A stretch of 63,266 nucleotides of DNA, filler included, from Candidatus Zhuqueibacterota bacterium (GCA_016783505.1; 3 parts of 3 records of this genome joined end to end with filler, not necessarily neighbours in it); one strand, 5' to 3'. Counted from the first letter of the whole stretch, positions 1 through 9,527 are shown. Program-made: numbers and translations. The notes: generated by a model from the sequence alone, not told the origin.

Positions 1-238
1 CACGGACCATGGCCCAGGATAAGTCAAGTCCATCTACTTTATATCCCTTCTCTTGCAATTTTTCCGCTAATTTCCCTGTACCGCAAGCCAGCTCCAGGAT
101 CCCACTTACCCGCATTTCCAGCCCGGTCCAGATGGACTCAACATAATTTGCCCAGCGCTGGTAGTCCACGTGGTCCATTACCTGGTCATAAATGGGAGCC
201 AGACCCTCGTATGGTTGAACCTGGATCTTCTTTCCCAT
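1..238 (-). CDS. Class I SAM-dependent methyltransferase, 5' part (runs off the window edge)
   Basis: Manual translation from ATG at 238: MGKKIQVQPYEGLAPIYDQVMDHVDYQRW...ILELACGTG...VDGLDLS, with SAM-binding motif I. Not in the ORF track. Confidence 0.85.
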   Translation of the reverse strand, partial: MGKKIQVQPYEGLAPIYDQVMDHVDYQRWANYVESIWTGLEMRVSGILELACGTGKLAEKLQEKGYKVDGLDLSWAMVR

Positions 239-310
239 AGTATTGACAATTTTCAATTGACAAATGACTATTGTCAACAGATTATTTTTTCAATTTTCAA
301 TCGTCAATCT

Positions 311-1342
311 TCACTTATTACTTGTTCTGGCCAGTCTAATGGCGGTCTGGATAGCTTCTTTCATACTGCCCTCATCAGCTACTCCCTTACCGGCGATGTC
401 GAAAGCGGTACCGTGATCCGGGGAGGTGCGGATGAAAGGCAGTCCGGCGGTAAAGTTGACCCCAAAAGAACCCCCCAAGGAGCTGTAAAGCTTGACCGGG
501 ATCAATCCCTGGTCGTGATACATGGCCACGGCGGCATCCAGGCCGTAATCAGACCAGCGGGCAAACAGCGAATCGGCCGGATAGGGGCCCCGCACATCCA
601 TTCCCCCGGCTCTCATTTCCTCAATAGCCGGTGAGATGATCTTTGACTCCTCCTTCCCAAACTTACCCCCCTCCCCGGCGTGGGGGTTTAATGCACACAC
701 CCCAATCCTGGGATGGGGTATCCAGAAGACTTCAGTTAAAGCTTTATGAATAACGTTGGTCTTCTCCGTTACTTTCCGTTTGGTTAATTGGGTGGCGACT
801 GCCGCCAAGGGCAAGTGAGTGGTAACCAGACCGATGCGAAAAGAGCCGTTTAAGAACATCATGGCAAAGACCCGGGTTCCGGCAAGCTCGGCTAAAAATT
901 CCGTCTGTCCCGGAAAATCGTAACCGGCCTGGTGCATGGCCTGCTTTGATAGCGGAGCCGTTACCAGTCCATCGGCGGAACCCCCAAGGCATAGCTCGGC
1001 CCCGATCTTCAACGCCTGAAGGGCGGCCCGGCCGGCGTGTTCGGAAACCTTACCAAGGGCAATCCATTCCTCCCGAACCGGAACCCTATCCAGCACCCCC
1101 ACTATTTCAGGATCAGAGGAAATTTCCCCAGGACTTTCCACTCGCTGAAGCTTAAATCCTAACAGGTTGCCCTTTACAACTAAAAGTTTAAAAGTTTTCT
1201 CGAAAACAGTAAAACTACCGATCAGCACCGGGCGAAATGAGTCCCGAAATTCGGGTTCTGCCAGGGCTTTGAGAACCACCTCAGGACCGACCCCGTTGAA
1301 ATCCCCCATGGTGATGGCAAGGATGGGGTTGGCTTTTCCCAA
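311..1342 (-). CDS. pdxA: 4-hydroxythreonine-4-phosphate dehydrogenase
   Basis: ITMGD..GVGPE, PGQTEFL, LVTTHLPL, LNPHAGE, AMYHDQG and RTSPDHGTAFDIAG motifs. Confidence 0.95.
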   Translation of the reverse strand: MGKANPILAITMGDFNGVGPEVVLKALAEPEFRDSFRPVLIGSFTVFEKTFKLLVVKGNLLGFKLQRVESPGEISSDPEIVGVLDRVPVREEWIALGKVSEHAGRAALQALKIGAELCLGGSADGLVTAPLSKQAMHQAGYDFPGQTEFLAELAGTRVFAMMFLNGSFRIGLVTTHLPLAAVATQLTKRKVTEKTNVIHKALTEVFWIPHPRIGVCALNPHAGEGGKFGKEESKIISPAIEEMRAGGMDVRGPYPADSLFARWSDYGLDAAVAMYHDQGLIPVKLYSSLGGSFGVNFTAGLPFIRTSPDHGTAFDIAGKGVADEGSMKEAIQTAIRLARTSNK

Positions 1343-1403
1343 ATGGTTACCCCGTAAAAATTTTCTGATTAGTCGGGCGTCCGACCGATTACCAGATTAA
1401 TTT

Positions 1404-1432
1404 AAATTTAAGGCAATTTTACCAAAAAGTCA
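1404..1432 (-). promoter_or_regulatory. Putative sigma70 promoter of pdxA
   Basis: TTGACT-N17-TAAATT on the minus strand. Confidence 0.5.
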
Positions 1433-1510
1433 ACCAAAAATAAAAACAACAGTTCACCACTAAATTTTATTTCTGAATCTTTTGGCCTTTCTCAACAAAG
1501 TCCCTTTTAA

Positions 1511-1552
1511 ACCCCCCCTTAATAAGGGGGGGGTGGGGGGGATTTAGGGGGG
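1511..1552. repeat. CCCCCCTTAATAAGGGGGG palindromic repeat, same family as the DUF559-flanking repeats
   Basis: acccccccttaataaggggggggtgggggggatttagggggg; compare 63066-63085. Confidence 0.7.
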
Positions 1553-1640
1553 AAAACAACATAGAGCCAAATTTGATGATTTTCATATTCTTTTTTTTTT
1601 TTTGTTGACTCAGTTGCTGAAATGTTACAAAATAAAAACA

Positions 1641-1667
1641 AAAAAGCCGATCCTTACCAATCGGCTT
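1641..1667 (-). terminator. Intrinsic terminator after the C25-like gene
   Basis: aagccgat-N-atcggctt stem with an A-tract on + (U-tract on -). Confidence 0.6.
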
Positions 1668-1725
1668 GCTTTAGACTAACCTTGTGCGGCACTCAAATCA
1701 CGGCGCCGCATTCCACATGATAACG

Positions 1726-4700
1726 TTATTTGAGATACAACATCTTCTTCAGACTTCGAAAATCCCCGGCCTGAAGCTCGTAAAAGTAAAGACCCGTCGC
1801 CTGGTCATTGGCGAACCAGGTCACCTCTTTGACCCCGGCTTCCATCTCCCGGTCAACGAGGGTGGCAATCTCCTGACCCAGAACGTTGTAGATCCTTAAA
1901 GATACCCAGCTTTTATCCGACAAGCCAAAGGTGATGGTGGTCTTCTTATTGAAGGGATTGGGAAAGTTCTGTGAGAGAAAGGTGGCCTGGGGAATGCCCC
2001 CCTCTTCGCCTTCTTCTTCAATCAGGACAAGGGGGAGGGTGGTGATGACCCGCAGGGTCCAGTCATTGAGGATGCCTTCATCCCCGAGGGCCACATCGGC
2101 CACGAAAAGTTCCCATTGGCCCTGAGCAGGCTCACCGACAAAATCCTCAAGACTACCCGGCCCGGGAAGGGGACTATCCCAGGTGTACCACAGGTTCAAG
2201 TTGGGAAAGTTAAACCCATTACGATCGTGGAGCCTCACCGTGGTTCCCCCCGGCGAGGTGAGCTCCACCACCAGGTCGCTGACCCAGGGATGAACAATAT
2301 CCAGAAATACCTCGACCCCCGCCACCTGGATGTCATCGTCTACCCGGCAGATGCTGCGAACCCGTTCCAAATTATTGTCGGGAATGGCCAGATCGGCCCG
2401 GCCTCCATAGTCTGCCACCAGGGCCCGGATCAGTTCAAATTCCACATCCGGGGTGGTCTGATCTTGTAAAACGGTTACATCGGATCTTATCTGGGGGATA
2501 AAGTCGGGATGGGATGCCCGCAGGGTATAGGAGCCCGGATAAATCCCCCCGATTTCAAACTCGCCGCTGGTCAAGGTTACGGCGCTTAAATCCGTCCCCA
2601 CTAGGTTTACTACCACACCGCTGTTGTTGTCCTGGCCTGAAAGGTCCACCCTGCCGGATATGGTCCCGGGCTCCCCGGGCTCAGGGGACAGCAGATAATT
2701 AACCGTATTAACCAGCAATTGGGCACCGATTTCCCGATCCATGGCCCGGTAGTTAAAACAGAAAAAGACCACTTGGGCACTAGCGGGATGGCTATTGTTA
2801 TCATAGACCAACACCCCACCCCAGTCAGGATCAGAACCCCAGGTATAAACGGCGTAGGCATCTGCGGCTGGCCGATTGCCATCCTGATCCCCCCATCCCT
2901 GATATGCGATCCCCAGGCTCTGGGGTAAAACATAAGGGAAGGTGGCAATGGGATGTTGGCTGAACTCAAGCGTTAGCGGGCCGCCCTCGTCAGCACCCCA
3001 GTCGGACACATGAAGGACCTTCCGGGCAAACGCCCAGTCGCCCGGGTAGGCGAGGAATTTATATCCCAATTCACCCCCTTCGAGCAACAATTTTCCCCCC
3101 CGGGCCACATAGCTTTTCAGGGAGTCCCGGAGGGTTGAATCGGGTAAGGGATCGAGGGCACCCCCACTGGAAAATACAATGAGGTCGTAACCATCCCAGC
3201 CTAAGGAATCAAACTGCGATACCCCATTAACCTGATAACCATAAGCTTTAAGGTCATCCATCACCAGCGGTGCCGAGGGGACCGGCGGGGTGAAGGCCTG
3301 AGTGATAACCGTTTTATCCTTGAGTATTTTGGAAACCTGACCCCCCGTCCCCCCTTTATCCTCGATGACCAAGACTCTGCCCGACATCCGCTCCAGTTCA
3401 AAATCCAGACGGAGGCTATCGGTATCTAGGATTACCGTCAAAAGATAGGATATATAATGGGGCGATTCGACCCTAAAAAGGTAACTGGAATAGGGAAGCT
3501 CCATCTGATAGGAGGGATCACAGGCCGAATCGGCCTCGACGACAGCATAGGGTTCATCCTGGGCATCCTGCCGAAAGATGGTAAGCCTCCCCCCCAGGGG
3601 TCTTGAGCTATCTTTTCCCCGGATAAATCCCCAGATCCGGGTTTTTGGGGCCGGGGTAAGCACCAACGCCACCTGGTTGGTATCTACCTTTAACAGATAC
3701 GGTTCATAATAAGGGACAAAGCCAAACGCCGAGACGTAAAGGCCATATATCCCTACGGACAGATCCCTCTCTACCACAAAACGACCGTCCTCATCGGTCA
3801 GGACGGAAAACCAGGGGGGCTCTAGTCCGGGATCTGCCCCCCCAGGGTATAGTTTGACCTCCATCCCCGGAAGGGGCTCGCCGGTCTCCATCACCCTCAC
3901 CCTTCCCGTCAGGCTTCCGAAGGCGGGGCGCACCGGGATGCTCTTCTGGTACAATCGGTAACCGGCCAGCCCCAGAACTGCCCACAGCTCTCCGGTAGTG
4001 GGCGGAGCAATCCGCAGGGTGTCCCCCCCAAAAGCCGTGTCAACCCCGCACCCCTTTACAAAAAGGGTGGCCCCCGGGGGTTCTGAAAAAAAGGTTATCA
4101 CCCCCGGCCAGGTATGGGTCAAGGCGCTGTCCAGTCCGATGTCCGGGGTTGAAACCTCTATCCCCGCATTCAGCAGATCAAGGGCCCCAACAACGCGGAT
4201 GGAGTCAACAAACAGGTCGTAGTTCTCCCCGGGCCGTCTTCCGGTGATCAGCAACGTCTCACCAAAGAGGGGGAGGAAGGACAGGCTGCAAAGGCCTGAA
4301 GCATCGGTGGTATCGGTCACCGGGGCTACGCCCCACCCGGAAACCCCGATCACCGTCCCCGGCAGGGGCAATCCCATCGTATCCCGAACCGTCACCGCTA
4401 TCCGGGCCTCCTGGTTCACCACCACCGTGTCGGGGTTCAGGATGACCCTGGTTGGCACTAAGGCCATTACCGTATCTATGAAAGCCTGATAGCCATTTTT
4501 GACAACGGAGAGAATCAGGGGGCCCTCTTCGGCAGGAACGGGGTTAAGGGCCAAGCTAACCCTCCCCAGGGGGTCGGTAGCCCCCTCCCCGTACCAGACC
4601 CCATCCCCGAACAGGGTCACCCAAGCCCCTGGAATCGGTCCGCTTAGGGATTGCACCCGAAGGGAGTACTCCGAATGGCCCAGGGGGAGAACAGGGCAAT

Positions 4701-6240
4701 AATCAACAAAAAGTTTTTGGGGGACGCCCATCAGCAGCGGGAGTGCTGGGTCGCTCAGAAGATGGTAGACCTCAAAATAATGATGGGCCCGGTTCAATCC
4801 ACGGGCGTAGACGGCCATTTTGGCCGCTAGCCCAGCCATTCCCAGCTCCAATAATTCGGGGGACCAGTCCCCAAACATCCCCTGACCCATCCAGACCTCC
4901 CCTTCCCCCCGGGCCCCCGGAAAGGCCGGCGCCCCAGGCTTCACCCGAGCTACTTCATCCTCCCCATCCCCGGAAAGAGCCCAGGTGGAGTCACAAATAA
5001 TACCCAGCAGTTCGGTGGAATGTCGGATGATCCCCCGGCCGGCGGGCGCCTCAGGTGGCCACCGGTCCAGATAGAAATTCAGATAAGAATCGTCCCCCCC
5101 AACGACTGAAAAAATCCCCTGGTCATATCCGATCAGCCGGTCGAGCACCGTTCCCAGTTCCTTAGGATCAGACACTAAAAGCCGCCCCAGGGCGATGTCC
5201 GGTATCCATTCCCCCCCATCCATGACCGAGTAGGGAAGATCGGTAGTAACCCCCGGGGTGGTGCCGGTAAAGGCCGGGACATCCCCCATGTCCCCCAGCA
5301 GCAGGACATAGGCCGGGGGGATCTCCCCGTAGCGGTATTGATTGAAGATATAATTTCGAATAGCATGCTGGCTTTCCCCCAGTTCGGTCACCGTCTTGAC
5401 GTCCATCCCAAAACCCTTCTGCCGCTTCCAATGGATAAAATCAGGGAGTTTGGGGTCATCGGCAAACCGATCCCCAACGATCAAAAGATACGCCGGTTTT
5501 TTCCCCTGGCCTATCCCCGCACCCCCGAAGGCCTCGGGGTTTAAAAGGAAGGAATTGGCAATGGCCTCAAACCCGGGCAGGTAGTATCGCTGGGAGACGG
5601 CCTCGGTGGTGGCAGGATCGGAATCGGAGAGCTGAACTTCCAGGGTTGCAGTGGTGAAAACCGTCAAGCTCCGGGAAGCAGGTTGATAATGGATAGGATA
5701 AAAGGCCACCCTTGCCATCCGGTAGGCCCGGAAGATGGACACATCGAGGATTTCAACCCGGGGGGATGGATAATCGGCTTCGGTGGCATAAAACTCCTCA
5801 TCGAAGGCAAATTTCCCGATGGACTTATCTTCGCCCTCAAGTACGGGTTTCTGAACAGGAATCAGGGGATAGTTCAACCCGTGGTCATATAAAGAAAAGG
5901 TTTTAACGGTGGAATCAACTACCTGGACGGAAACCCCGGCACCCCAGGGGATCCGCACCAGGGTAATGATAACCGGCAATTTCGCCTTACCTGGATCGGA
6001 AGTGTAGAAAAAATCCCCCAGGGAAATCTCGGCAAAGCTGCCCTTTGGGGTCTGCTTTTCTTCAACAAACATCCCCCCCAGGCTCACCGAGTATCGGACC
6101 GTCCCATAATCGGACCCTAGATGGAGGACCTGGGCCGGGCCCGGTGGGGTCTCCCCATCAAAGGCCAGCCATTCTGGGGCACCCAAAACCGGGAGGCCGA
6201 TTAGAAAAATGATAGAAACTAATAGCCGAATCATTACCAA
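1726..6240 (-). CDS. Secreted gingipain (C25)-like multidomain protein: propeptide, degenerate C25 domain, Ig/carboxypeptidase-regulatory repeats, P-proprotein domain, C-terminal secretion domain
   Basis: Signal peptide; WKRQKGF, YVLLLGD, TDLPYS, PDIALGRL and YHLLSDP C25 landmarks; 'HPWVSDLVVELTSP' P-domain; 'LSQNFPNPFN...KKMLYLK' C-terminus. Start may be the ATG at 6234. Confidence 0.8.
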   Translation of the reverse strand: MVMIRLLVSIIFLIGLPVLGAPEWLAFDGETPPGPAQVLHLGSDYGTVRYSVSLGGMFVEEKQTPKGSFAEISLGDFFYTSDPGKAKLPVIITLVRIPWGAGVSVQVVDSTVKTFSLYDHGLNYPLIPVQKPVLEGEDKSIGKFAFDEEFYATEADYPSPRVEILDVSIFRAYRMARVAFYPIHYQPASRSLTVFTTATLEVQLSDSDPATTEAVSQRYYLPGFEAIANSFLLNPEAFGGAGIGQGKKPAYLLIVGDRFADDPKLPDFIHWKRQKGFGMDVKTVTELGESQHAIRNYIFNQYRYGEIPPAYVLLLGDMGDVPAFTGTTPGVTTDLPYSVMDGGEWIPDIALGRLLVSDPKELGTVLDRLIGYDQGIFSVVGGDDSYLNFYLDRWPPEAPAGRGIIRHSTELLGIICDSTWALSGDGEDEVARVKPGAPAFPGARGEGEVWMGQGMFGDWSPELLELGMAGLAAKMAVYARGLNRAHHYFEVYHLLSDPALPLLMGVPQKLFVDYCPVLPLGHSEYSLRVQSLSGPIPGAWVTLFGDGVWYGEGATDPLGRVSLALNPVPAEEGPLILSVVKNGYQAFIDTVMALVPTRVILNPDTVVVNQEARIAVTVRDTMGLPLPGTVIGVSGWGVAPVTDTTDASGLCSLSFLPLFGETLLITGRRPGENYDLFVDSIRVVGALDLLNAGIEVSTPDIGLDSALTHTWPGVITFFSEPPGATLFVKGCGVDTAFGGDTLRIAPPTTGELWAVLGLAGYRLYQKSIPVRPAFGSLTGRVRVMETGEPLPGMEVKLYPGGADPGLEPPWFSVLTDEDGRFVVERDLSVGIYGLYVSAFGFVPYYEPYLLKVDTNQVALVLTPAPKTRIWGFIRGKDSSRPLGGRLTIFRQDAQDEPYAVVEADSACDPSYQMELPYSSYLFRVESPHYISYLLTVILDTDSLRLDFELERMSGRVLVIEDKGGTGGQVSKILKDKTVITQAFTPPVPSAPLVMDDLKAYGYQVNGVSQFDSLGWDGYDLIVFSSGGALDPLPDSTLRDSLKSYVARGGKLLLEGGELGYKFLAYPGDWAFARKVLHVSDWGADEGGPLTLEFSQHPIATFPYVLPQSLGIAYQGWGDQDGNRPAADAYAVYTWGSDPDWGGVLVYDNNSHPASAQVVFFCFNYRAMDREIGAQLLVNTVNYLLSPEPGEPGTISGRVDLSGQDNNSGVVVNLVGTDLSAVTLTSGEFEIGGIYPGSYTLRASHPDFIPQIRSDVTVLQDQTTPDVEFELIRALVADYGGRADLAIPDNNLERVRSICRVDDDIQVAGVEVFLDIVHPWVSDLVVELTSPGGTTVRLHDRNGFNFPNLNLWYTWDSPLPGPGSLEDFVGEPAQGQWELFVADVALGDEGILNDWTLRVITTLPLVLIEEEGEEGGIPQATFLSQNFPNPFNKKTTITFGLSDKSWVSLRIYNVLGQEIATLVDREMEAGVKEVTWFANDQATGLYFYELQAGDFRSLKKMLYLK

Positions 6241-6342
6241 GTTGTAATTAGCCCTCTTTAATTTTGAAAAAGTTGTTTCTGTTTTTCCAAAGGTTTTTTA
6301 ATCTCCTTAGGAATGTTCATTTTATCTCAATAATGCCATTTC

Positions 6343-6437
6343 ACATAACGGTTTCAGCATAAAAGAAGTCCTGAGCGTTAGCGAAGGATTTGGGTGATCC
6401 CGACAGAGTCGGGAGAACCTTTTATGTTGTGTTAGGC
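6343..6437 (-). mobile_element. Integron attC-like site 1
   Basis: Minus strand: R'' GCCTAAC...R' GTTATGT with inner arms CATAAAAG/CTTTTATG; R'' is the exact complement of the GTTAGGC that opens this cassette at 8513-8519. Confidence 0.85.
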
Positions 6438-6466
6438 GATGCGGCGGGCTTACTTTATCCAACATC

Positions 6467-6802
6467 TCATCTAAACCTTTTTAATACTGTTTTTTGGATT
6501 ACTTGAAAGCGGTCTTTGACCCCAAAATCTTTATACAAACTTTCTGTTAAAGAACCCTCTGGATAATTTGTTTTATCCTGTATTGCCATAAGTTCTGTTA
6601 CAACAAGCATAAATTCCACTGTAAATTCTCCAACTTTATCTAATTCTTTAAATGGCTCAATGTGTTCAGGTTTAAAAAATTGGAGAGTTGGCGGGAATGA
6701 ATTTACAGGTTTAATCTGTTTAAGCATTATTGGAATATGGTCTTTCAATTTTAGAGTTAACGATGGATTATAAGCGTGTTTAACATACATCTTAACAGTC
6801 AT
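6467..6802 (-). CDS. Hypothetical protein, last gene of cassette B (start may be 6790)
   Basis: 111-aa AT-rich ORF ending 30 nt before attC1. Confidence 0.6.
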   Translation of the reverse strand: MTVKMYVKHAYNPSLTLKLKDHIPIMLKQIKPVNSFPPTLQFFKPEHIEPFKELDKVGEFTVEFMLVVTELMAIQDKTNYPEGSLTESLYKDFGVKDRFQVIQKTVLKRFR

Positions 6803-6953
6803 CTATTTCTGCCAAGATATCTGTTAGCTCTGTCAAAGTCCACTTACGACCGCATTTACAGTCTCCATTGTATGTATTCGGATACTAACCACCCTCGACT
6901 TCGAGCATTACTTCTCTCCCACATAAACATTTAATCGTCACTTCATTCTGCAT
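6792..6953 (-). pseudogene. Small CxC...CxC zinc-ribbon-like protein interrupted by an in-frame TAG
   Basis: RBS GGAGG, then MQNEVTIKCLCGREVMLEVEGG*YPNTYNGDCKCGRKWTLTELTDILAEIDDC*; TAG at 6885-6887. Confidence 0.6.
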
Positions 6954-7062
6954 ATCTACCTCCTTCATTTTTCGATGGTTCCAAATCGTTCTCGCTTTTC
7001 GTCATGAAACAACATCGAATTATAAAGTACCCTAACTGGTTGTAAAATTTAAACAAAAATCT

Positions 7063-7938
7063 TCATTTCTTCCTTCGGTTATTTGTTAGATATTTCCTCT
7101 GTTCCTCAAGAAGTGTAAGTTGTCGTTCTATATTTTTAATCTCGTATTTTTTCAATCTTAATTTGTATTTTTCTTCAATAAGTCCTTTAGTCAGCCTATC
7201 AAGAATCATCTTGTAGTACTTTTCATCTATTTCTGCGGAAATATATTGCCTATTGAGAACTTTACATATCTCTATTTCAGAACCACTACCACCAAAAAGA
7301 ATCAACACAATCTCGTCGGGTTGAGTACAAGACTTTATTAACATTTCAGAAAGTTTTTGTGGTATCTGACAGGCATGGAACGTCTTTTCTCTACTCACAT
7401 TTTTAACCAAGTCAAAATAAAACCAATCATAGGGCATCCTTCCTGTTGAACCATTTGCTAAGTTTTTTAAAATCCGTCTATCTGTTGGATTCTTATAAGG
7501 AACTGCTACATTATTTTTGTAAAATTTGTTGTCCCTTGTCTTTCGACAATGCAGGATACTTCTATGGGCTGTGGTAAAACGTTTTGGAGTGTGCCCTACA
7601 TTTGTATTATATACCCAAGCATAATCATAAACTCCATAGCATGCCTCGTCCAAATATTTTACTCTCAAATAAGCGTTCTGTTTTGGATAGTTTATTAAAA
7701 ACATATTCCCTGTGTCTTTTAATACTCTCATAGATTCCCTTGCTAATTCGATATACCATTCAATATATTCATTAAAATTTTTTGTGTACGACTTATCTCC
7801 ATATTTCACCCCAACATTATAGTCAGGATCTCCATATACCATATCAACACTTTTGTCAGGTAATTCCTTCAATACCTCCATAATATCTTTTAGAAATACT
7901 TTATTTAGGTAACTCTCGATATCCTTATTAGCACCCAT
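7063..7938 (-). CDS. Beta-class amino-DNA methyltransferase (N4-C/N6-A)
   Basis: Motif IV variant DPDY near the N-terminus, H-x-CQIP, motif I variant LFGGSGS, AEID. Confidence 0.88.
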   Translation of the reverse strand: MGANKDIESYLNKVFLKDIMEVLKELPDKSVDMVYGDPDYNVGVKYGDKSYTKNFNEYIEWYIELARESMRVLKDTGNMFLINYPKQNAYLRVKYLDEACYGVYDYAWVYNTNVGHTPKRFTTAHRSILHCRKTRDNKFYKNNVAVPYKNPTDRRILKNLANGSTGRMPYDWFYFDLVKNVSREKTFHACQIPQKLSEMLIKSCTQPDEIVLILFGGSGSEIEICKVLNRQYISAEIDEKYYKMILDRLTKGLIEEKYKLRLKKYEIKNIERQLTLLEEQRKYLTNNRRKK

Positions 7939-8481
7939 CTATGCCTCCTTCAGGGCATTATATAACATTGCTCGCCCTTTATAATTCCAATACACAATGT
8001 CTTCCATAATAAACATCCATTTTATCACTTTCAAAAGGATATCGCCCCTTGCACCTGTTTCAAATGATGTTTGTAAATCAGAATAATTTTCCAACAGTTG
8101 GTCAACATCATTTTCTGAGCACTCGTATATTGCAGTAAGCGCGTGCAATAAAACACTAAACTTTTGTGGGTTTTCCTGTTTTTTATTTTGAAAGTCGAAC
8201 TTAATCTCATCATGTGAGCCTTTCCCCAATCTAAATTCTTTCAACACTTCCACTTTAAAATCAAAGTTCCATTTATTCAAGCCTCCTGGCCTGAAGATAA
8301 AAAGTTGCTTACCAATTGATAAATTCTCCACGGGATAACGGAATTTTATCCCTTTTCCTCTTTGTTGGCTTTCAACATCAATAAATGTATTTACGACTTT
8401 TCTCACTATTTCATGACGAGCCATAGAACCCTTAATTTCAATCATTTTTCCAGTAATAATGGTTGTATCTTTTTTCTTCAT
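7939..8481 (-). CDS. Putative restriction effector paired with the MTase
   Basis: 180 aa, abuts the MTase start, first gene of cassette B; no classical nuclease motif recognised. Confidence 0.55.
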   Translation of the reverse strand: MKKKDTTIITGKMIEIKGSMARHEIVRKVVNTFIDVESQQRGKGIKFRYPVENLSIGKQLFIFRPGGLNKWNFDFKVEVLKEFRLGKGSHDEIKFDFQNKKQENPQKFSVLLHALTAIYECSENDVDQLLENYSDLQTSFETGARGDILLKVIKWMFIMEDIVYWNYKGRAMLYNALKEA

Positions 8482-8512
8482 GTTTTCATCTCCTTTTCAG
8501 GCGACCAATTGC

Positions 8513-8602
8513 GCCTAACGTCCGAGCGTATCTGAAGTCCAGCAGTCAGGCTGGATTTGGGCGGAGTGCCAAAGGCACGAAGCCAGATACGCTCTGTTAT
8601 AT
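8513..8602 (-). mobile_element. Integron attC-like site 2
   Basis: Minus strand: R'' ATATAAC...R' GTTAGGC; arms GAGCGTATCTG/CAGATACGCTC. Confidence 0.88.
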
Positions 8603-8672
8603 GAAGTGGGGGTCATTCTTATGGCACCTGCCATTCTACACCACATATTTTAAACAACCCTGTGCTGAGAAG

Positions 8673-9515
8673 TCATAATAGTTTCTGCTGAGAAACGTCT
8701 TTAATAATGTATGGAGAAAGCCACTCCAACAGTTCACTCTGTTGTGGAGGACAAATACCTCGTGTCCTCAAAAGCCTCTGCATAATGTCATAAACCAAGG
8801 ACCAATCAATCTCTTGAAGTTTGGATGAATGTTTCTGGATGTTCTTCACTACTTGATAAGTTTTGTAAGGAATTGTGATGCAGGTAAGCAGGGTGTTCAA
8901 CCGTCCAGTCTTCCAATCCTTTCTGAATGTTGGTCTTCCATCCTTAACATTATACTTCACATCCTCGTTCCACCCGAGGATATCCATGAAATGTAGGAAT
9001 CCAAGGAGACCATACTCCATGAGGTCACTGATAGATTTTTCCAATTCTTGGATACTATCAGCAATCTTTTGACTCGGTTTGTATCTAATGATACCTTTCT
9101 TATCTTCTACATGATCCAATAGGTAAGCGTTCCTGTAAATCAAGGTTAGTACTGCTCTGAATATCTCAAAATCATAAACAGAAATCTTGGAGAGTTGTTT
9201 CCAAACAGTATCGAATCCATACGGTTCGTCTGCGTGTCCCACACAAGGTATCATATCATTTGGATTGGGATTTCTTGACTTAAAAACCTCCTTCCCAGGC
9301 TTGAGGAAATAGACCTCCACACCATTAGGAAGTGTAATAATGGCATGTTTTTTGGGAGAATCTAAGGAAGGCCCAGCTTCCCAACTAAGCGCCTCCGAGA
9401 TTCTCTTTATTCTCTTATTCTCTACCTCTTTGGGCTTACCTTTCTGGAGTTCTGTTCTTAAAAAATCAGGGTAGTTTGGATTTTCGGGTCTCCCTATAAC
9501 TTGTTTTTTTGCCAT
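8673..9515 (-). CDS. Putative restriction effector paired with the MTase
   Basis: 280 aa, 12 nt downstream of an N4-MTase within one cassette. Confidence 0.6.
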   Translation of the reverse strand: MAKKQVIGRPENPNYPDFLRTELQKGKPKEVENKRIKRISEALSWEAGPSLDSPKKHAIITLPNGVEVYFLKPGKEVFKSRNPNPNDMIPCVGHADEPYGFDTVWKQLSKISVYDFEIFRAVLTLIYRNAYLLDHVEDKKGIIRYKPSQKIADSIQELEKSISDLMEYGLLGFLHFMDILGWNEDVKYNVKDGRPTFRKDWKTGRLNTLLTCITIPYKTYQVVKNIQKHSSKLQEIDWSLVYDIMQRLLRTRGICPPQQSELLEWLSPYIIKDVSQQKLL

Positions 9516-9527
9516 TTTAATTCTTCC

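Noticed and set aside
1590-1603. Poly-T run as a phase-variation tract
   Set aside because: Intergenic, downstream of a terminator and not within an evident promoter or ORF
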